Source of the DNA: an uncultured Verrucomicrobiae bacterium
Lineage (GTDB): Bacteria > Verrucomicrobiota > Verrucomicrobiia > Chthoniobacterales > UBA10450
Reading direction: 5' to 3'
Length of the DNA stretch: 64,000 nt
Assembly: GCA_963735805.1 (NCBI GenBank)
Contig: CAVTMK010000002.1
Span: 416,001 to 480,000, forward strand
This document shows positions 61,001-64,000 of this stretch, one piece after another. A program made the position numbers and the translations under genes. Numbering within the stretch: position 1 is the stretch's first letter; the number at the start of each line of letters is the position of its first letter. Below the pieces are notes generated by a model. That model saw only the letters and a list, made by a program, of their open reading frames with translations. It was not told the origin of the DNA and did no database searches.

Positions 61001-61422
61001 AGCGGTTTGGTATTTTCCCATGCCATCACGAGGTTGTTCGGTCCCATGCGATCGGAAATGTCGTCTCGACCGAGTGTGGCTGATGTCGTCAGGCGTTTCG
61101 GCACTCCTCCCTCGGTGGGCATTACATAAACCTCCGTGTTGCCGTCATATTGCGAAGTGAAGGCGATCTGCTTCCCATCCGGTGAGAAACGCGGGAACGA
61201 GCTGTAACCGGGGCCGCTAGTCAGTCGGCGCGCAATGCCACCATCTTTGGCGACCGTATAGATCTCACCGGCGTAGCAGAAGACGATCTGTGTTCCGTTG
61301 GTCGTCGGGAAACGCAACAGGCGCGACGTATCAGGCAATTCTTGTGCTGGGGCGGCGGTAACCGGAACCAGGCCAACCGCCATCAAACAGAAAAACACAA
61401 AAAAACGAGAGAATATATTCAT
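58039..61422 (-). CDS. Tricorn-like protease (S41 family)
   Basis: Signal peptide, propeller repeats, ELNNGH, PDZ domain, DVRGNGGG, ASDGD and GKRTWGG motifs. Confidence 0.95.
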   Translation of the reverse strand: MNIFSRFFVFFCLMAVGLVPVTAAPAQELPDTSRLLRFPTTNGTQIVFCYAGEIYTVAKDGGIARRLTSGPGYSSFPRFSPDGKQIAFTSQYDGNTEVYVMPTEGGVPKRLTTSATLGRDDISDRMGPNNLVMAWENTKPLVVFRSRMKSFNDFIGALFTVGLDAELSQQLPVPRGGFVSFSPDDSKMAYNRVFREFRTWKHYRGGMADDIWIYDFKTGTTENLTNNPAQDICPMWGPDNKIYFTSDRDNRMNLFVTDLATKETKQLTHFTDYDIKFPSIGKDAIVFEQAGYIWRYDLASGQATPVPIQVKEDFDSGRGGLVDASKHIESVNLAPDGERTIVIARGDLFSVPAKNGTPRNLSKTSGAHERDAVWSPDGKWIAYNSDVSGENELYVRSQDGKGEPQQITSSADTYYYAPKWSPDSKKLLWSDRLQRLRYVDVASKAVTQVDQDKYGEIEGYNWSPDSQWVTWARPEENGMSRVYLYSLANKQQTAVTDSWYGSGEAVFSDNGKYLLLSSARDFKPTFGDEEFANVYRDMQRVYLVTLSKETANPLAPKSDEVGKAEEKRQKEKVKEAEEKKAEEKATGKKPEEKPRKPVVVKVDTDGIQNRILGLEVTPGNYRNIRMLDDGRIFYLRRTAADEVGEDDNEGFPERDRKSHLCVYNLDDRKETVLGDANNYQITFDGKKMLVKIKKDYAIIDVPRDKLDTKDHEHKIAGLDMHLDRHAEWNQIYFECWRQMRDFFFSPTMNGIDWKAVRDKYAALVPFVNHRNDLTYLLGELIGELNNGHTYVAAGERPDTPRIKLGLLGAEVSRDPATRAYRIERILPGENWDKKTRSPLTEIGVNVKPDDYILAINNTPVSTLPNLYDALIGTADKQVTLRVNSKPTDDGARDVTVVPIDDEAPLYYLDWVQKNIDYVNKKTGGEVGYLHIPDMGQPGLNEFTKLYFPQIRKHALIVDVRGNGGGFVSPLVIERLRRALVMVGMARNSMPQTDPPQTFTGPMVTLTNEFSASDGDIFPYRFKTLGLGKLIGKRTWGGVIGIRESLPLVDGGQFFKPEFAPYSIDGKQWIVEGRGVEPDIVVDNDPGKEFKGEDQQLDRAIQEIQDELKTKRYDLPPPPPWPNRNPAS

Positions 61423-61859
61423 AGAAAAAGCGATGAAGTGAGCAAGCTGCCGTTGAACGGACGAGATGCAACCATGATTTCTTTGAGGGTTAGATGCCGC
61501 CGGCAGAGTGTCCAGATTCGGCGATTTATACAGTGAAGACGTCGCTAACTATCGATTTTGTCTAAACTCGCTTTAGCAATTGGCAATCTTCCGAAGCGCT
61601 GCCTATTGCGAGCCTGCATTTGGAGACGGACAAGGCGAAGAGAGCGGTGGGCGCACAGGGGCGCGGGCCGCCGTGTTTCAGAAGTCGCTCGCCGGACTGT
61701 GTTGAAGACCGCGACTGGCTAGCGGCCAGTAGGCCCCTGAGGAGGTGGCTCAGGCGCCGGTGCCGGTGTTTCTTTCCTTTGTGCCATTCCAAATCCTTAA
61801 ATGGCTGAGACTGCATAGTCCAGAGATAATTTCCGGGTAAAACGGCACTAGTCCGAACC

Positions 61860-61888
61860 GGCGGAAGGGGTGGGATTCGAACCCCCGG
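61860..61888 (-). tRNA. 3' fragment of a tRNA (probably Ser), att-like remnant; not a complete tRNA
   Basis: Minus strand ccgggggttcgaatcccaccccttccgcc = T-arm + acceptor 3' strand; no D-arm, anticodon arm or 5' acceptor strand upstream. Confidence 0.7.
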
Positions 61889-62327
61889 CAGACCCGAGGC
61901 CGAAAGACGTTGTTGTTTTCCCTCGTAAAAAGACATCGACGGCATTAAAACCCGTTGACGTTGTTCTTACTTCCTTGGACATGGCGAGCCTGGGAACGCG
62001 ATCAGAAAAAGGTTCTCCTCAATATTCTGTTGAATAAGAGGAATGAAAACTGTGGCCTTTCCCGTGTCAGGCTCTATTTCGACTTCAATGCTATTTGCCC
62101 GGCGGTGGCATGTCGCCGGCTGGCGCGTTGCTCTGGAGCCTGTCAGAAATAGCTGACATTTTCTTCTTGACCGACCGGAATAAACTTTGCCAAGGTCGGC
62201 GCCGTTACAAGCGGATCTGAACCACTCTCAGGCGGAGGACTGTTCCCCGCTAAGCTTCGTCCGTTTCCCGGGACGCGCGATCAACAGAAACGGAAACAAC
62301 CCGCGGAAAAGAAAACAGAAGAACCAT

Positions 62328-63251
62328 ATGACTCCATTGATGTTCAAATTTAAGAAAGTAACTCCACTCTGTCTAATTGTCTTCGCCGTTTGCTGCATTG
62401 TGGTTTCGCCAAAAGTGCAAGCTATCGATCCAGCGCCAGACGGCGTTTCAGTCGATGGAGTATTTGACTCCGACGAAGAAAGTCCATCAATAATCCCCAC
62501 TCCTACGCCTTATGATTTCAACCTTGATCGTCATCCCGATTTCGTGCTCGGCACGATGCTCGGCGCAACCGCCATTTGGTATTTGAATAACAACGTATAC
62601 CTGCGCAACGCTCAAGGTCCAACGCTGGGCGGCGTTTACTGGCAATTGGCTGGTGTGGCGGACTTTAACGGCGATGGTCGTCCTGACTACGTCTTGTTCA
62701 TTGAAAATACGCGCCAGATCGCGATCTGGTATCTCAACGACAACATTCGCGTTTCTGGCCTGTACGTCCCGACACTTGTTTCGCCCGGCTGGGCATTGGT
62801 TGCAGTGGGAGACTTCAGCGGCGACGGCAAGCCTGATTGTGTGCTTTACAACGCTACTACTCATCAAACTGAGATCTGGTATATGAGCAACAACATTCGC
62901 CGAACCACTGGGCCTGGGCCGACTCTGCCATTTTCGTGGCAGCTAGTCGGGGTGGCGGATTTTGATAAGGACGGTCATGCTGATTACCTTCTTTTCAATT
63001 CGAGTACGCGTCAGACTGCGATCTGGTATATGTCTGGTCGGTCGGTTCTACGTACGGCATTGGGTCCGACGATTGAGATCGGTTACCAATTAAAGGGTGC
63101 TGCCGATTATGATGGAGATGGCTATCCTGATTACGTGTTGTTCGGCCGTCAAACGCGTCGGACTGCGATCTGGTATCTGACTGACAATGTTCTCAGGGCC
63201 ATGGCCAATGGCCCGACTATTGAAAGTCCCTGGCGGCTATTGCAGCCATAA
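62328..63251 (+). CDS. Secreted FG-GAP/VCBS repeat protein
   Basis: Signal peptide; five repeats of D(F/Y)xxDGxPD(Y/F)VL...TAIWY. Confidence 0.88.
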   Translation: MTPLMFKFKKVTPLCLIVFAVCCIVVSPKVQAIDPAPDGVSVDGVFDSDEESPSIIPTPTPYDFNLDRHPDFVLGTMLGATAIWYLNNNVYLRNAQGPTLGGVYWQLAGVADFNGDGRPDYVLFIENTRQIAIWYLNDNIRVSGLYVPTLVSPGWALVAVGDFSGDGKPDCVLYNATTHQTEIWYMSNNIRRTTGPGPTLPFSWQLVGVADFDKDGHADYLLFNSSTRQTAIWYMSGRSVLRTALGPTIEIGYQLKGAADYDGDGYPDYVLFGRQTRRTAIWYLTDNVLRAMANGPTIESPWRLLQP

Positions 63252-63288
63252 GCAAATTGTAGAAGTGCGTCTTCCCGGTCGCGCACGC

Positions 63289-63382
63289 ATCGCTGGCGGC
63301 GGCGAGCGTGGCGAACATTGAGAATTGTTTCATATCAGATCTGGGCTTCGCAGCGGCCAGCGGTTGCCAGCGATTTGTTAGA
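63289..63382 (-). mobile_element. Degenerate attC-like site
   Basis: Minus strand starts TCTAAC overlapping the upstream stop codon, followed by an imperfect inverted repeat (cgctggc...gccagcg); distal GTTRRRY end missing. Confidence 0.5.
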
Positions 63383-63559
63383 TGGTTTTGCGTTGCCTCG
63401 CCTTATGCTCTCGCGCCTTCTCCTTCTTTCTCGCGAGCCATCGCAGTTTCTTGGCCCAGTGCCAGACCACTTCGGATCATCTGCATTCTTTCGGTGTCCA
63501 ATCTGGTCGACGGTGGCATCGGCAGCGGCGTGAAGCTCGTCTGTCGCAAATTTGCGCAT
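63378..63559 (-). pseudogene. Frameshifted small ORF, probable integron cassette remnant
   Basis: MRKFATDELHAAADATVDQIGHRKNADDPKW, shift, WAKKLRWLARKKEKAREHKARQRKTI* with the stop inside TCTAAC. Confidence 0.5.
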
Positions 63560-63671
63560 CCCGTATAGGCCATCGAGTCGGCTTGGAGTGAGTTTGCTAT
63601 CCAATGAGAATTAGATTGCAACTTGCAATCTAATTCCTGGTCTTCCGAGGAAGAAGCGCGCAAAGGGTTGC

Positions 63672-63852
63672 CTACTCTCCCAATTCTAGAAACGCCGTCG
63701 GCTTTTCATCGGCGTGCAAACGAATCGCTTTCCGTTGTCGCGTTGTGCGTTAACGATCCAGATCGTGCGCCCGTTCGAATCAATCGCCGAGACGCAGCCT
63801 CAACTCCTACCGGCTTTATAAGTTCGTCGGCGATGATTTCCCACTACTTCAT
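63672..63852 (-). pseudogene. Decayed small hypothetical protein (MKxWEIIAD...GRTIWI...DEK.TAFLEL type)
   Basis: MK*WEIIADEL / KAGRS*GCVSAIDSNGRTIWIVNAQRDNGKRFV / HADEKPTAFLELGE*: two stops and two frameshifts. Confidence 0.6.
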
Positions 63853-64000
63853 GTTGATTCGATTCTGCGGTTTTCTTCCGTCCAGTCCGGGCACATGGTT
63901 TCGCTTGGAAAATTACGGGCGACCTTCCCGGAGTTGGCATCTTGGACAATTTCCAATGCTTCCTCGAATGAATATCGTCCGGCATCGGCGAGGCGATTCG
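63849..64000 (-). CDS. 3' end of a small phage-like hypothetical protein (partial)
   Basis: Manual frame ...NRLADAGRYSFEEALEIVQDANSG...IEST*; the stop overlaps the next ATG (ATGA). Confidence 0.45.
   Translation of the reverse strand, partial: NRLADAGRYSFEEALEIVQDANSGKVARNFPSETMCPDWTEENRRIEST

Noticed and set aside
61860..61950. Complete tRNA-Ser or tRNA-Sec gene
   Set aside because: No 5' acceptor strand, D-arm or anticodon arm can be folded upstream; it is only a 3' fragment.

Overview
Bacterial chromosomal window of moderate GC. It most resembles a soil Verrucomicrobiota (Chthoniobacterales / Ca. Udaeobacter-like) genome; this is inferred from protein-family content, not from a marker gene. 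Most of it is housekeeping and envelope genes: sucCD-like, pdxA, surA-like, mfd, aroF, glpX, ahcY-metK with a divergent SahR-like regulator, exbB-exbD-tonB-exbD, rdgB, leuS, mscL, galE, miaB, mtnP and a tricorn protease. Less ordinary content: (1) a translationally coupled two-gene unit encoding a secreted DUF4424-like/glycan-binding protein and a secreted three-enzyme fusion (UPF0489/arginase-like + NlpC/P60-like + CapA); (2) several families of short palindromic REP-like repeats, found intergenically, nested in one another and in-frame inside conserved genes, with one family flanking a GIY-YIG nuclease remnant that interrupts a cyclase gene; (3) a Cys/His-rich DUF2946-like ORF ending in TGPP/HAPP motifs upstream of a metal-binding outer-membrane protein, a candidate ribosome-stalling metal sensor; (4) three tandem membrane-anchored TolB-like/TPR paralogs; (5) an internally deleted bioF pseudogene; (6) a tRNA-Ser 3' fragment (att-like) marking the probable left edge of a decayed island with an attC-like cassette remnant. 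No CRISPR array, rRNA or intact tRNA was seen. Family assignments come from motif recognition by eye; no database searches were run.
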